A stretch of 64,000 nucleotides of DNA, counting the filler, from Asterionella formosa (taxonomy: Eukaryota), in NCBI GenBank assembly GCA_002256025.1. It is 15 parts of 15 records of this genome, joined end to end, with 100 filler letters (N's around TTAATTAATTAA, not from the genome) between each part and the next. Parts side by side here need not be neighbours in the genome. Positions count along the whole stretch, not along the records: positions 22,497 to 44,878 come from NKIB01002757.1; positions 44,979 to 46,354 come from NKIB01002761.1; positions 46,455 to 47,829 come from NKIB01002762.1; positions 47,930 to 49,304 come from NKIB01002764.1; 11 more parts are not named here. One strand, written 5' to 3'. This document shows positions 36,945 through 49,404 of this stretch, in pieces. The number at the start of each line of letters is the position of its first letter. Position 1 is the stretch's first letter. Position numbers and translations under genes: made by a program. The notes under the pieces are model-generated. The model searched no databases, was not told the origin of the DNA, and saw only the letters and a program-made list of their open reading frames with translations.

Positions 36945-37513
36945 ATGCCAGCCACTGCATCTTCCTCGCCGTCATCGTCATCCCAACCAGCCACCATGGC
37001 GGATTATGATCCACGAGAAGATTCCGCATGGATCTATTCCTTTGGAGCTGCCATGGTTCCATTTTGTGGATTTCTCTACATTCACAAATTAGGAATGACC
37101 GCACGAGTCGTGGAAGCCACCGTCCGATCTCCCATTGGGGTGTATGGATTATTCTTATTACCCTTTTGTACCTTGGCTATGGAAAAATCGATTTATGATA
37201 CTGTTCAAAGTTGGCAAGGGATCAATCCTCAAGTACGACCAGCCGATCGAGGGGGATTCCCTAGTGGTGGAGCAGGTGTGTATGTTTGTGTTTGTGTGTA
37301 TGTTGTGATTATTATTCAAAGTACCTTACTCATCACATTATTCATCCTTATTTGGTGCGCATGTTGTTACTCCTACGATTGATTTGTATCTACGTACATG
37401 CAGCTCTTCCATCCTTTAGTTGGATTCCAGTGCAACCACGGGCGATGCCTCGCCTACAAACATTTGTTTCAAAATCAACACCACCTCTACCATTACAAAG
37501 AAACGACGAATAA
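36945..37513 (+). CDS. Small hypothetical membrane protein, 2 exons (intron 37276-37403)
   Basis: Two hydrophobic segments; GT...CAG intron restores FPSGGAALPSFS. Confidence 0.65.
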
Positions 37514-38162
37514 GTCAGGGACCACGTGGAAACATTGAATGTCCTTCCTGTCATTGGAGGGTGGATGAATTTTGATCTTTGCAACAAAAAGAATCAAAGG
37601 AAGTATCAAATATACTGTATTCGACTGCCTGTTGTCGTGTCTTGTAATAAATACACTTTCAATGCCGGTTTATGCATTCTGTACAGTAACAAAACCTACA
37701 TATAATAGTGACTTCGACAATGGATGATCGTTATATATGGTGCGCAAAACAGTCGATTATTTTTGCGTTTTAGGATTGTGTAGCTATTTTTTAATGGCTC
37801 CTTGCGGGCATGTCGGATGGCGCGTATCCCGAATTCTGAATGTATGCATCATTATTAGTCTACCGGTAGACTACATACGAACATTAGTCCATCACTCTAG
37901 TGTCCAAACAAAGTACGTGAATATGTTCGAAAACAAAAATTTTATGATGAAAAAACAAATGATATATATATGCCGGTATTTCTACATACCGGAATATATT
38001 ATTATGATGGTGCGCTATCATTCCCGCTCCCGCTGTTCTTAAATTCCCGGCGAGCGAGGATTGAAGAATCTTGAAAGCCATCTTTGTTCATGATCTGATC
38101 TGCGGCGCCGCTGTTCACCTCCTCATTGTAGTACTAGTACCAGTTTCGCTCCATCCAATCAC

Positions 38163-38804
38163 ATGGCATCTTTAGTAATAGACAACGAACACACCACCAC
38201 CTCCCTTCGCAACAAGAAGTATAAGGGAGTATTGTCACTTCTTCGTGAGCCGCTATTCCACCATGAGGACTACGACCCTGACATTCTCGCAGAATCGACA
38301 AGGCGCTTCCTCAAATCACAGCATTACAAACATAAACATCATACTACAGCTCAACCACCATCACAACTACTACATTCCTACGATCCATCCAAATCATTTT
38401 TGACATTGTTCTTTTTAGGGGATTCCAACAATCGGAATGCCATTCGATTTCGACCACGATTGGTACAATTTTGTCAAGCACAACAAGACCAAAAAACTGT
38501 CCAAACCATTTGTATCCTTCAACAAGACAATACTAATTCGACCTTTTGTGATGGAACGGGATTCTTCTACATGACAACTACCCATCCAAACCGGACAGCA
38601 TTATTGACACTATTGGCAGCGTCCTGTGTCCCTTCTGTTATTGTTGTTGACAATGCCACTGGTCGAAGAATTACTGACCTTGGAATGCAAGCTATTGATA
38701 TGAATAGTGATGATACTGATGCTCATGTGGTGGAACAATGGAAGCTTGGGAAAAATGGTTTGACAACAATACAGTGGACCATGACAAGTTGTCATATATC
38801 ATAG
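38163..38804 (+). CDS. Thioredoxin-fold (nucleoredoxin-like) protein lacking CxxC
   Basis: LTLFF...FRPRLVQF...VPSVIVVDNATGRRIT pattern. Confidence 0.6.
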   Translation: MASLVIDNEHTTTSLRNKKYKGVLSLLREPLFHHEDYDPDILAESTRRFLKSQHYKHKHHTTAQPPSQLLHSYDPSKSFLTLFFLGDSNNRNAIRFRPRLVQFCQAQQDQKTVQTICILQQDNTNSTFCDGTGFFYMTTTHPNRTALLTLLAASCVPSVIVVDNATGRRITDLGMQAIDMNSDDTDAHVVEQWKLGKNGLTTIQWTMTSCHIS

Positions 38805-38958
38805 TTACAAATAAGCACTCACAACAAACCAATGATAACTATACCATTGATCAGTGACCAGCAGAGTATATATTCATTACAGCTTCATAGTTTATATTCA
38901 CAAGTGTACACCTTACATATAGTACAATAAAAATTTACAGGAACATCCATGTACATTC

Positions 38959-41387
38959 TCAACCAAGTGGAAGCAATAGAGTGTTTTCATCTGCTACTAG
39001 CAGCTCATCTTCACAATTTTGATATGCAGTTGTATTGTTTTGTTGTTGTTGCTGTATCCACAGTTTTCTTTTCCGTTCTACATCAAAACCATCATCATCA
39101 TCGTCCTCCTCCTCCTCTTGGTCCTCATCATCAACACAATGAAATGGCAATCGTATTTCTTCTGAAATTTCTCGAATAGCAACTCCCACAAATCGGAAGG
39201 ACTCGCGAGCAGCACTCCCATCAAAAGATATCATGCGATCTTCAATAGATACCATATCATCATCTTCTGATAGTATGGATGGAGCATCATGTTTCAACAT
39301 TGCAGTTTTGGCATATTGAGCCAATTCAGCATTCATGGCATCTTCATCATTTGGTAATGTTCTTGACAAGAAACATAATTGAATGGCAGTAACAGTCCAA
39401 AAGAAACTTAACTGAGTGAAGTAGATGGAATATAACAAAACAATATGAGTCACGGCAAGTCACATGTACTCAAATCATAGGGGGGCACATTGATAAAAAC
39501 AAAATGGCAAATCATTACACATACCGTCACATTAAAGGAACATTGTCGATTCACTTGGAATAGTGCTCCCATGAGAGTAATACAGGATGGGCCTGCCCCT
39601 CGAGCCACATTGATAATAAGATTGGCTGCCGTTAGTGCTGCACCTCTTGTTTCAGGTGGATTGACATTGATCAAGCATGGTCGGACATTGACACTTGGCA
39701 AGGATGCAATTAATCCTCCCATGAAGGCATTCAAAATGGCCCCAACTCCATGGGCATTGGTAAAGTGTCCATTTAACAAGAACAAAAATGGAAAAATACC
39801 CAAAAAGGTGGTAACTGCCATGAACCACGGCAAATAAGACCGGTTCTGAAGTAAGATGAGTTGACCCCAATAGCCACCCAATATTCCTCCCATGGCACAG
39901 CCAACCCCAAAGACAGCAACCAGATATGTGGCATCGGGTACGCTGAAGCCTCGCTCTTGAGACAGATAATCATTCAAAAACACAAAGATGATACCCCATG
40001 GAACGCTTGATGCAAATCCTTGCCACATTAAAATCACATTACTTTGATTGTTCTGCATGGCATGAAGAAATCCCTTCCATGTTAAAGTCCGTTCATATTT
40101 GGTGCCATGCTTCAACATGTGTTGCAATACATCTTCTTTTCCACCTCGAACAGGCTCCTTGACAAAGACAATGACCAGTAGTGCAGACACCAATGTCACA
40201 ATTGCAGACACAGTAAAGGCATGTGACCACCCTTGTTCACTCCCCACTACACCTGCATAAACTTGTCCAAAAATAATTCCCATCCCCATCATGGCTGTCA
40301 GTCCTGAGGATGCTGTATTACGTTCATTAGTAGCAAACAAATCACTCAATAACGAAAAAACAATTGGGACTGACCCACTCATGAATCCACCATTCAACAA
40401 TCTGGCCAGAAACAAAGCATTGTACGATGTGGAAGCCCCTGTCGCCCATGATGTAATACCTCCAGCAATGACAGTGACACAAAACAAGTGTTTGCGGTTG
40501 CAGACATCGGCTAAAAATCCGATACCTGCTGAAATGGGCAAGGACAAGACTCCAGAGGCCAATGCCAAATTGGCTCCCAAGTACACATCTCGTTCTTGAT
40601 CTGTAGTAAATCCAAATACTTTGGCCATTTCTGTTAAATTAGGTGCCATGAGATTTTGGGGTGACCAAATGGCCATGAAGGCAATTCCCAATAAAAGAGA
40701 TTGGGCATGGACTGTTTCATGTGCATGTAGCATCCTTCGTTGTTTGTTTTTCGATATAGGAGTATTCTTGGCCCTGCTGTTGCGTCTGTTTTCGTAGGGT
40801 GTTATCGGAGAGATCATGTCACGAGACAAATGTTGGCGAGATCGATTGGGAGAGGAGGGAGGTGTCATGTCTGAGAGTTGTCGAGTTTCCACTAATGGTC
40901 CATGCAGGGACGAAGTAACATATTCTGCAGTACTTTCTGTAGTCGAGGCATGCACGGGCACAAGATGAATCATTAGACTCGAAGAATTGTCGTCATCACT
41001 GGAGGACCATCGACGGATGCTTGGTGGCTGATGTTGCGGCCTGTCGAGGTACCCATATCGTTCCTTTACACGTCCACCAAAGAGACTACGGCGATTTTGC
41101 TGCGACTCTGACACTGATTCTGGTGGAGGAATGTCGGATACATTACTTGTTGGTATTGTAAAATCAGAATGAACAGGAATGAAAGGTTCGTGGTTGTACG
41201 ACCATTTCGCATTCATTGTGTAGCTGTTGGAATGAGCGCTCGACACTGAATCCTGCCGCGGCAGATAGGAAGGTTGCTGTTGCTGTTGCTGTTCATGTTT
41301 CTGCTGCTTGCCAGATGAAGAGGCTTCCAACGCTTGTGCAAGGAGCGAAGGGCTCTGGACAATATCAGATCCCTTTTTAGGTTTCAT
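38959..41387 (-). CDS. MFS transporter (spinster-like), 2 exons (intron 39412-39524)
   Basis: GFLADVCNRK motif A, LARLLNG, SLLSDLFATNER, NVNPPETRG; long disordered N-terminus. Confidence 0.88.
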
Positions 41388-42153
41388 CTTGTTGTTGACA
41401 ATAAAATCAGAGATATGCGTAAAAAATCAGAATGCGAGAAAAATGTTTCATTATTTTTTAAGTGCATACGCACACGGTATTAGTATCATGCGCCTAGCAT
41501 CGCTTAAAAGACTTTGATTCTCTGTGCCATCACATGTTTTCTGTATTCATATATGGATACAATTATATTCAGCTCTATTCACATACAGTAACCAATATAA
41601 CGCCGCCAGCTTTTGTCGATTATATCATATTGCCATGGCTCAGGTATGTACCGGTAATTTAGAAAAGGTATTATTAGTTAGGACAACCATGTGGCCTTCA
41701 CTCCTTTTGCCACACCATGACACAAGGAAATGGTTGCAAGGTGCGCAATGCTGTAAAGCGAACAATTCTTAAAAATTTAAACGACCGTGAATCATGTAGA
41801 AATATATGTACAGTGTATTATTAGTTTTTAAGCACTGTATCACCTAACTATATATAAGCTTATTTGAAAATGATGAAACAAGAATAAATTGAGAATAGAA
41901 CGAAATGACATGAACTGGAGTTGGTATTGGCTAGTTTTCCTTCATATGAAATGAATGCGTATGCTCAGGCCAAGGCTGTGGGATAATTGAGTAAACTGTA
42001 TGTAACATCATTGAGAAGTAGGGGGAGTGACAGGAAACCATGCAGGTACGAAGAAGGCCGTGGATGCACCATGTTTCCTTAAGGTCTATCCATTAAACGT
42101 TTCAAGGAAGCAAGGATGAAAATCGAGAGGAACACGAAGCAATGACAGACAAA

Positions 42154-43674
42154 TTATCCTTTACTTTGACCACAATCTTCTGCACATGAATAGTCCATAC
42201 GGGGGGCTCCAAATTCGCATAGCTCACAAGGAGATCTAAACCATAAACTGCACCCTGCCGAAATAGATACAACCTCATTGAGTAAAAGTAAGATCCAAAT
42301 AATCAAGAAAAAATACGAGATGACCATAAGATACCATCCCAACCATTGATTGCAGAAAAATCTGTCTTGGATACGGCCATGTTCGTTTTTAACTCTAACA
42401 ATCAAGTCACGCAACCTTTTTTTGGCGGCAAGATCTGTCTCGCTCAACCGAAGGAACTCAACGATTTCCGTGTATGCTGCATACTTTGCATTAAGCATGC
42501 CGTTGACAGCTTCTTGGTTTCTTGTCATTACCTTGAAGGCAGATATGGTATCAACAATTGAATATATAGCCAGGGCCACACCCAGTATGGGAAGGAGAAA
42601 CAATAATGATGAGAAGTGATGAGGTTGTACGGTGCTTGTAAGGGATGCCGCAGTACCAAACAGGAAAGAATGACCTAGAATGATCCAAGAATAATGCGTT
42701 CCTGCAACATTCTGTACTGCATCCTCTTCCAAATCAATGTTCTCAATCTGAAGCAGTCGATTGATCATTCCAATCTCTGGAACCCAAACACATTCTCCCA
42801 CATCATTTTGATTTTCCTTAGAAGCTTGGATTGATGCTTCGTAAAAGTCTCGAGCCATCTCATAGTCTTTTGCTATGCATTCGTCAACGTTTCCCATCAG
42901 ACCACGCTCATAGATGGAACCTAATTCAAAGAAGGCTTCTGCAATTTGAAGCTCTTTCGCTGCATCATGTAAAAGTCCCATTCCCTTTGGAATATTCTTC
43001 TTAATGCCTCCTGTACTATATATAAGAGCGTGTCCATACAGATATTTACAAAATGGAATCTTGTAGCCCAAGGCACCGATTTTGAAGTACAAGACAGCTT
43101 CACGTTCACTTCTTATATGTTTCGCTTCGACTGAATATGTGGCGGATACATCCGGTTGTTTCGGAAATGGCATCCAGAAGTCTGGGATACATCGGGAGAG
43201 GCAGTTTTTGGGGGGCTGCTGCGTTGTGTTGCGTTGTATTGAATGGGTGCTTACGGAGAGAAGTATGCCAACATTGGTCATGGCAATCGACCGAAGAAAA
43301 GTGTCTGTAGCAACGGAATTTTTCGAGATTTTTATATCCAACACGGATCGATAGATTTTTAAAGCTAATTCAAAATCCTTGGGACTTCCTTTATTGTGCT
43401 CGTTCACCGCCTTCGCTGTTTCTATGTGAATGTCTGTTGGCCTTCCCTTGCAACAAGCCCCAGTTACGGCTTCTTGATACGCCATGATCCCTCTTTCTTT
43501 ATTTGGGCGCCAACCCTTGTGAAGGCAGTCTAAGAATGGCCAATAGACTCTGGGATCTGCAACAACCTTTGGCAAACCATCATTCTCGATATCTCCAACT
43601 ATCATTTCTTTAAGGAGCAAGTTCGTGAAATAACCATTGAAATTGCTATTTCTTCCCACCTCAACTGCAGCCAT
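42154..43674 (-). CDS. Sel1-like repeat protein with C-terminal 3-TM domain
   Basis: YLYGHALIYSTGGIKKNIPKGMGLLHDAA and AEAFFELGSIYERG...DYEMARDFYEAS Sel1-like repeats; three hydrophobic segments after residue ~325. Confidence 0.7.
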   Translation of the reverse strand: MAAVEVGRNSNFNGYFTNLLLKEMIVGDIENDGLPKVVADPRVYWPFLDCLHKGWRPNKERGIMAYQEAVTGACCKGRPTDIHIETAKAVNEHNKGSPKDFELALKIYRSVLDIKISKNSVATDTFLRSIAMTNVGILLSVSTHSIQRNTTQQPPKNCLSRCIPDFWMPFPKQPDVSATYSVEAKHIRSEREAVLYFKIGALGYKIPFCKYLYGHALIYSTGGIKKNIPKGMGLLHDAAKELQIAEAFFELGSIYERGLMGNVDECIAKDYEMARDFYEASIQASKENQNDVGECVWVPEIGMINRLLQIENIDLEEDAVQNVAGTHYSWIILGHSFLFGTAASLTSTVQPHHFSSLLFLLPILGVALAIYSIVDTISAFKVMTRNQEAVNGMLNAKYAAYTEIVEFLRLSETDLAAKKRLRDLIVRVKNEHGRIQDRFFCNQWLGWYLMVISYFFLIIWILLLLNEVVSISAGCSLWFRSPCELCEFGAPRMDYSCAEDCGQSKG

Positions 43675-44647
43675 GATGATTGAGTGAGAAAGATTGACTG
43701 TCCCGGCAAAGGAAGTCTGTAATTACTTTGATTAGATCGTTGAAATCAAAGATGTATGTGTTGAATCCACAAGTTCAATCTGTCTAGAATTGCGACAGGT
43801 GGACAAGGGAGGCTTATCGAAGTAAACCAGATAATCAAAGAATGATGTCCTTGGGTCCATATTACATGTATACCGGTATGCCTATCCGCCGGACACCCTC
43901 TGTGATGATAGTTGAAACAGAAAAGTCAAACAAATATTGTTTGTATCTCCAAATTTAGCCCAGTCATGATCTTTTGAGTCTAGTCATGAACATGAATCAA
44001 TCTTTACTCATATGTGAATCAATCTTTGAGTCTTGTTGTGAACATGAGTCCATTTACTCATTTATTATTTTATTTTGTTTGCTAGAAGCTAATTCTAAAG
44101 TGCTCACTTTATTTGGAAAAACCAATGAAGTCAAATCTATCCACCAACATTCTCCTAAATTCACTGTGATCATTGATATATATGTACTATTTTTCAACAA
44201 GTCAAACTCCTTTCAGGTTAATTTATGACTTCTCTTTCAAGTATGATGCATCAATAATTGGCAACATGGCATTATTCTTTTAGGTCTTTTTAGTCCATTT
44301 AGCATTATATCCCAACACACTCCTGTGATCATAACTGTGTCTTGGAAATCTGTGTAGCATGAACCCAGGAGAGGTTTGGTTAAAAAAAAAGCAAGCATCA
44401 TGGCTTTGGTTGGACAGTTTTCCACCACTGAGACCACATTACATGCAATTCTATCAGCCACGAAGAAGTACCAAATATTGATGTGACAAGTTTGTGTGTT
44501 GCTTGATGCTGAGCGCCATATATTTCAACAAAGGTATAGTTAGCAAGTAATGGCCAGTCGAAGATCAACCATGTGTCCTTCATTCCTTGTGCCCCACCAT
44601 CATGACACAAGGAAATGGTTGCAAGCCAGGTGTACACTGCTGCTGTA

Positions 44648-44878
44648 CATCTAAGCCGCGAAATATGCCACTTTTCGAAATTTCGTCTACGTATGAGTGT
44701 TAATTATGTGGTACTTCACATGCATTAATGCCACTCTTCACGTAAAAAAGATTACTTTTAACGGTTTCATGTGAAGTTTTAACTGTTTCATGTGAAGTTT
44801 TAACTGTTTCATGTGAAGTTTTCACAATGAATTTTGAACGCGAGACTGAATTAGTTGATGTTTCAAATAATTCATTTG
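44648..44878 (+). repeat. Repeat-family left end with internal 21-bp minisatellite (x3); near-identical copy at 49178-49304
   Basis: 127 bp shared; ttttaac(g/t)gtttcatgtgaag tandem units. Confidence 0.8.
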
Positions 44879-44978
44879 NNNNNNNNNNNNNNNNNNNNNN
44901 NNNNNNNNNNNNNNNNNNNNNNTTAATTAATTAANNNNNNNNNNNNNNNNNNNNNNNNNNNNNNNNNNNNNNNNNNNN

Positions 44979-45148
44979 TCCATATCTGAAAGACGGGTCC
45001 AATCGTCGCCAGCAGACCAAGAACGCGTTGATACGGACAGTTTCAACGTAAGGCGCTTGAAATTCATTGCTTTTTGTGCGATAGAAAACCCCTCGACACA
45101 CATCACTTGAGCCGATAAAATCACGAGCGCTGCGTAAGTCGTATTCAT
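44979..45148 (-). CDS. 5' fragment of a probable plastid-targeted protein
   Basis: MNTTYAALVILSAQVMCVEG|FS then basic/Ser-rich stretch; cut by the spacer. Confidence 0.45.
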
Positions 45149-46457
45149 TTGCCTTGCTTTGCTCATGGCGACGAATTTAAAACAACGCAAAAAAAAGATA
45201 ATTATTATTTTGCAGAGCAGAATTTGTCATGTCTGATGTGAACAACAATATTCGAGTGAACATGTTAAAAAGAACAACCTTATCTGAACTCATTTGGATT
45301 CTACATACATCATTCTCGTACAAAGGTATGCCAAAAAGATATTAGCTAATTAGCACGACAGGCAGAGTTGATGGCCTGATGGCTGGAGGGTTCCCAAACT
45401 GATTTCAAATGCGAACTCTGAAAATACTGCCTACCAGTAGTTGCGATGATGATTTATTGGCAAATATTTTTTATGTGAGCGACGTGACAAGAAACAACGA
45501 TTGCGAGACGACTAATTCGAACCAATTGTGCTACAGGTGTACGAACATATGTACTTCTCTAAGTCAACCGAATGTCAAGGTCGGCTACCTGGTACCTGGT
45601 ACCAGCAAGTTGCGGTCATTTTGCCGAAAATGGAACGCGGCGCCGGCAAGCACTCATTTTCGACTCCCCGGAAATATTACTTAGGGTCGTTCTTATCATT
45701 CCGAATTTGCTGTATCATTTCTGGGTTGCGGGCAAAAAGTGACGGTTGGTATCAAAACACGGTATCAGCAACAGTAACTTGATGGTATCAATTTTGTATC
45801 ATTGATACAAAATTGATACCTCTTTTTGCCCCCTCCAAAAACGGTATCAGTGATACTGACGTTTTAACGCGGGTATCATTACCGTTGTCACTAATAAAAT
45901 AACCGAAAATAAGCCTGCAAGGCAAGGCACCAGTGATAAAATTAATGGCATATACTATTCCTTCAATTTTATGCTGGCTGCGTACATCGTCCAAGCAACA
46001 CCATTGATACAATTATACAGCACCAGACAGAAAGTTATACTTGGTGATCTTATAACTCCCAATTGTTTTTGTGTATTTGTTACTACAGATCAGTCATTTG
46101 AATCTCCCTGAAGATACTACAAGCAAGGCAAATGGAACCGCATAGTATGGAACCAGTCACACAAACGCAAACAACAACTGTTGATGTGGAGACCACTGTA
46201 TATCAAGATTGACCCACCACTTCAACGATACAATGCAGTCTCTTGCTACAGATACTGAAGTCGATCGATTTGTTGACTCCCTCATACTTCCTGATGACTT
46301 TGTGCTTGATAGTGAAAGGACAAAGGTGATTTTCATCAAAGGTGTTGCAATGAANNNNNNNNNNNNNNNNNNNNNNNNNNNNNNNNNNNNNNNNNNNNTT
46401 AATTAATTAANNNNNNNNNNNNNNNNNNNNNNNNNNNNNNNNNNNNNNNNNNNNATG

Positions 46458-47829
46458 TCACCAACCACAGACGAGTTTGCGAATAGCTGTAAATTTCTCA
46501 GCAACAAGACCTTTGGTAAAAATGTCGGCGGGGTTGACTGCAGTGTCAATTTTTAGGATGCGTAGCACGCCAGATAGGACATATTCACGGAACCAATGGT
46601 AAGAAACAGCAATGTGCTTGGTACGGGGAGTCATTTTTGGAAGATTGGCTTGGGAAAGACATGCACTGTTGTCTTCATAAATGGTAGAGTAAGAAGTAAC
46701 AGCAAGAGGGCTGGCCATGTGAATTGCAGTGGAAGCCTCAGTAATGATGTGGCGAAGGGGAATGAGGTCACGGCAGCTAGTGGAGAGCGCCTGGTATTCA
46801 GCCTGCATGGTAGAAAGGGCGATTGTGGTTTGTAGTTTAGAAACCCATAAAACGGCACAGCCAGCAAGAGTAATGACATAGCCAGTGCGGGATTTGGCGC
46901 AAACGGGATCATTCGAGTTTTCAGTTCCAAAAAGACCAGCAAAGTCACTATCGACAAAACAGTCGATTTTAAACTCCGATGTAGGTGTAAAAATGATACC
47001 CTCGTTTAAAGTACCACACAAATAACGGCAAATTTTCTTAAGAGCCACTTCATGTGAGGCACGCGGACAGTGAGAAAATCGAGCACACTGGTGCACAGCG
47101 AAGGCAATGTCTGGGCGAGAGTTTGTTGATAAGTAGAGGAGCATGCCCACAACAGAGCGGTAGTTCCATGATTCACGGGCAGGAAGACCATTAGAATCAG
47201 TACCTAACGGTTCTCGTGTTGCAGGAGTAGGGGAGGAAGACCCGTGAACAAGACCAGTAGTTTCTAAGATCCGTGTGATAAGTCCCAGTTGTGTTAACTT
47301 GAGGGAACCAGTAAGCGATGACCTGTCAATTTGGATGCCCAAAAACGAGGCAAGGTCGCCCTCACGAGTAAGTTCAAGCTCGAGGGACAAATTGGTAATC
47401 ATGGCATCAATAAGGGACTTGTCCCGACCGATGAGAATGGAGTCATCGACATAGTTAAGGTATACCATATCAGCATGGATAAAAAAACAGGGGTCAAGCT
47501 CAGATTGGCGGAACCCGCGATGTTCAAGACACTCTTTAAGTTTAAGAAACCAGGTACGCGGGGCCTGTTTTGTACCATAGAGAGATTTATTCAGCTTCAT
47601 GACCATGTCACGACCTTGAAGGTCACCGAAGTCTTTGGGCGTCTCAACATAGAGTTCTTCTGTAATGTCGGCCTGACAAAATGCATTCGAAAAATCAATT
47701 TGTTGTGTCTCAAGGCCCAGAACCACGGACATGACCAAAAGCGCACGGACAGTAGACCACTGGACCACAGGGGCATAGGTTTCAAAATAGTCAATACCTT
47801 CCTTCTGTAGATCCCCGCGTACACAAAAC
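46458..47829 (-). mobile_element. Ty1/Copia pol fragment (RT + RNase H)
   Basis: IDFSNAF, LYGTKQAPR, YVDD, DSDFAG, RTKHI, ADIFTK. Confidence 0.95.
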
Positions 47830-49404
47830 NNNNNNNNNNNNNNNNNNNNNNNNNNNNNNNNNNNNNNNNNNNNTTAATTAATTAANNNNNNNNNNNNNNN
47901 NNNNNNNNNNNNNNNNNNNNNNNNNNNNNTTCCAGGGTTTGATGCTGGTGGGAGAATGCGTATTGGTGGCCAGTAAATAGGATAATATAGCATAGTTGGG
48001 ATGAATGGATTGATGTATTTTTGATGGGGCTGTAGAATGAACAACACATTACAGCTTAGCAATTAAGATTGTTCTATATTGAAAGTTTACTGAACTATTT
48101 GCAAATGATGGTGGCAATTATTTGCAAGAATTAAAAAATCAAAATATGAATACATTATGCCAGTATATATATTTATATTTTATGGATAAAAAGAATTAAA
48201 AATATTGTCTCTCGTGATTGCTACAGACGATTGCTGGGGTTTTTGGATTGGGAGGTTTCCCCCTGATCTCAATCCTGAGCGAGTGTCAAGATTCCTTATT
48301 CCAGAAATCTCCTCGTTTACATGGGCATGCATTTCATTCTAGCTATGAATGTACAGAAGTGAAAATTGCTGCCGGGATGTACTAATGCATCATTTGAACA
48401 TACTGGTACACAACATCTATGTTCTATATACACAAATATTTATACATCATAGTATGTACAATGATTCGAACATGAGAAATTTTCCATTACTAGCTTTAAA
48501 CAGACCATGATAAAAAAATGATTTTTAATTTTGTACAACTACTTAACACTTTTATTAGTTTCTTAGATAGAAGAGAAGTATCACCAGCCTTTAGAGGAAG
48601 TGTTGGCATAGCTTTGATATTCATGCAAAATAGCTAAAATTGAAAATCGGCAGAAGCAAAATAAATGTTGCTCAACCAGACCTATATATCTACCACTTCC
48701 TACCTGATTCTTCTTCTCCTTCTCTTCTTCAGACTCATTTTTCTCGCATATCACTACATGATCAGCAAGTTGTGCGTATTTTGACTTGCTATGACCCCAA
48801 TACCACTGGTATGCTCATTTTCTGTTAAATAAGCCATACCATGCAGGTACCTCCACAGAGATCAACAAGATCTCAACCATATTTTTTTTGTTCTACTACT
48901 CAATGGACATTCCTTCATTATCTTTCCTCATGTCTGGCAATACTCCTGACCTCCTGGCCCTCTTCCTATACTGGTCATCTGTGTACTAGAAGCTTGCTTC
49001 TGGCCTTTCCTCACTTTACTCATTTGCCAACTAGAATTCAAGTCACATAATTGAAAATATCAGTTTTGCCACCCAAATTTACATCCATTCCTTTCCTTTA
49101 ACTTCACTCACTACATTCAATACTGCTTTCCAGCCACTTGATTTCTACAATCTACTAGCTTGCTAATCTACCACCTTCATCTAAGACGCGAAATACGCCA
49201 CTTTTCGAAATTTCGTCTACGTATGAGTGTTAATTATGTGGTACTTCACATGCATTAATGCCACTCTTCACGTAAAAAAGATTACTTTTAACGGTTTCAT
49301 GTGANNNNNNNNNNNNNNNNNNNNNNNNNNNNNNNNNNNNNNNNNNNNTTAATTAATTAANNNNNNNNNNNNNNNNNNNNNNNNNNNNNNNNNNNNNNNN
49401 NNNN

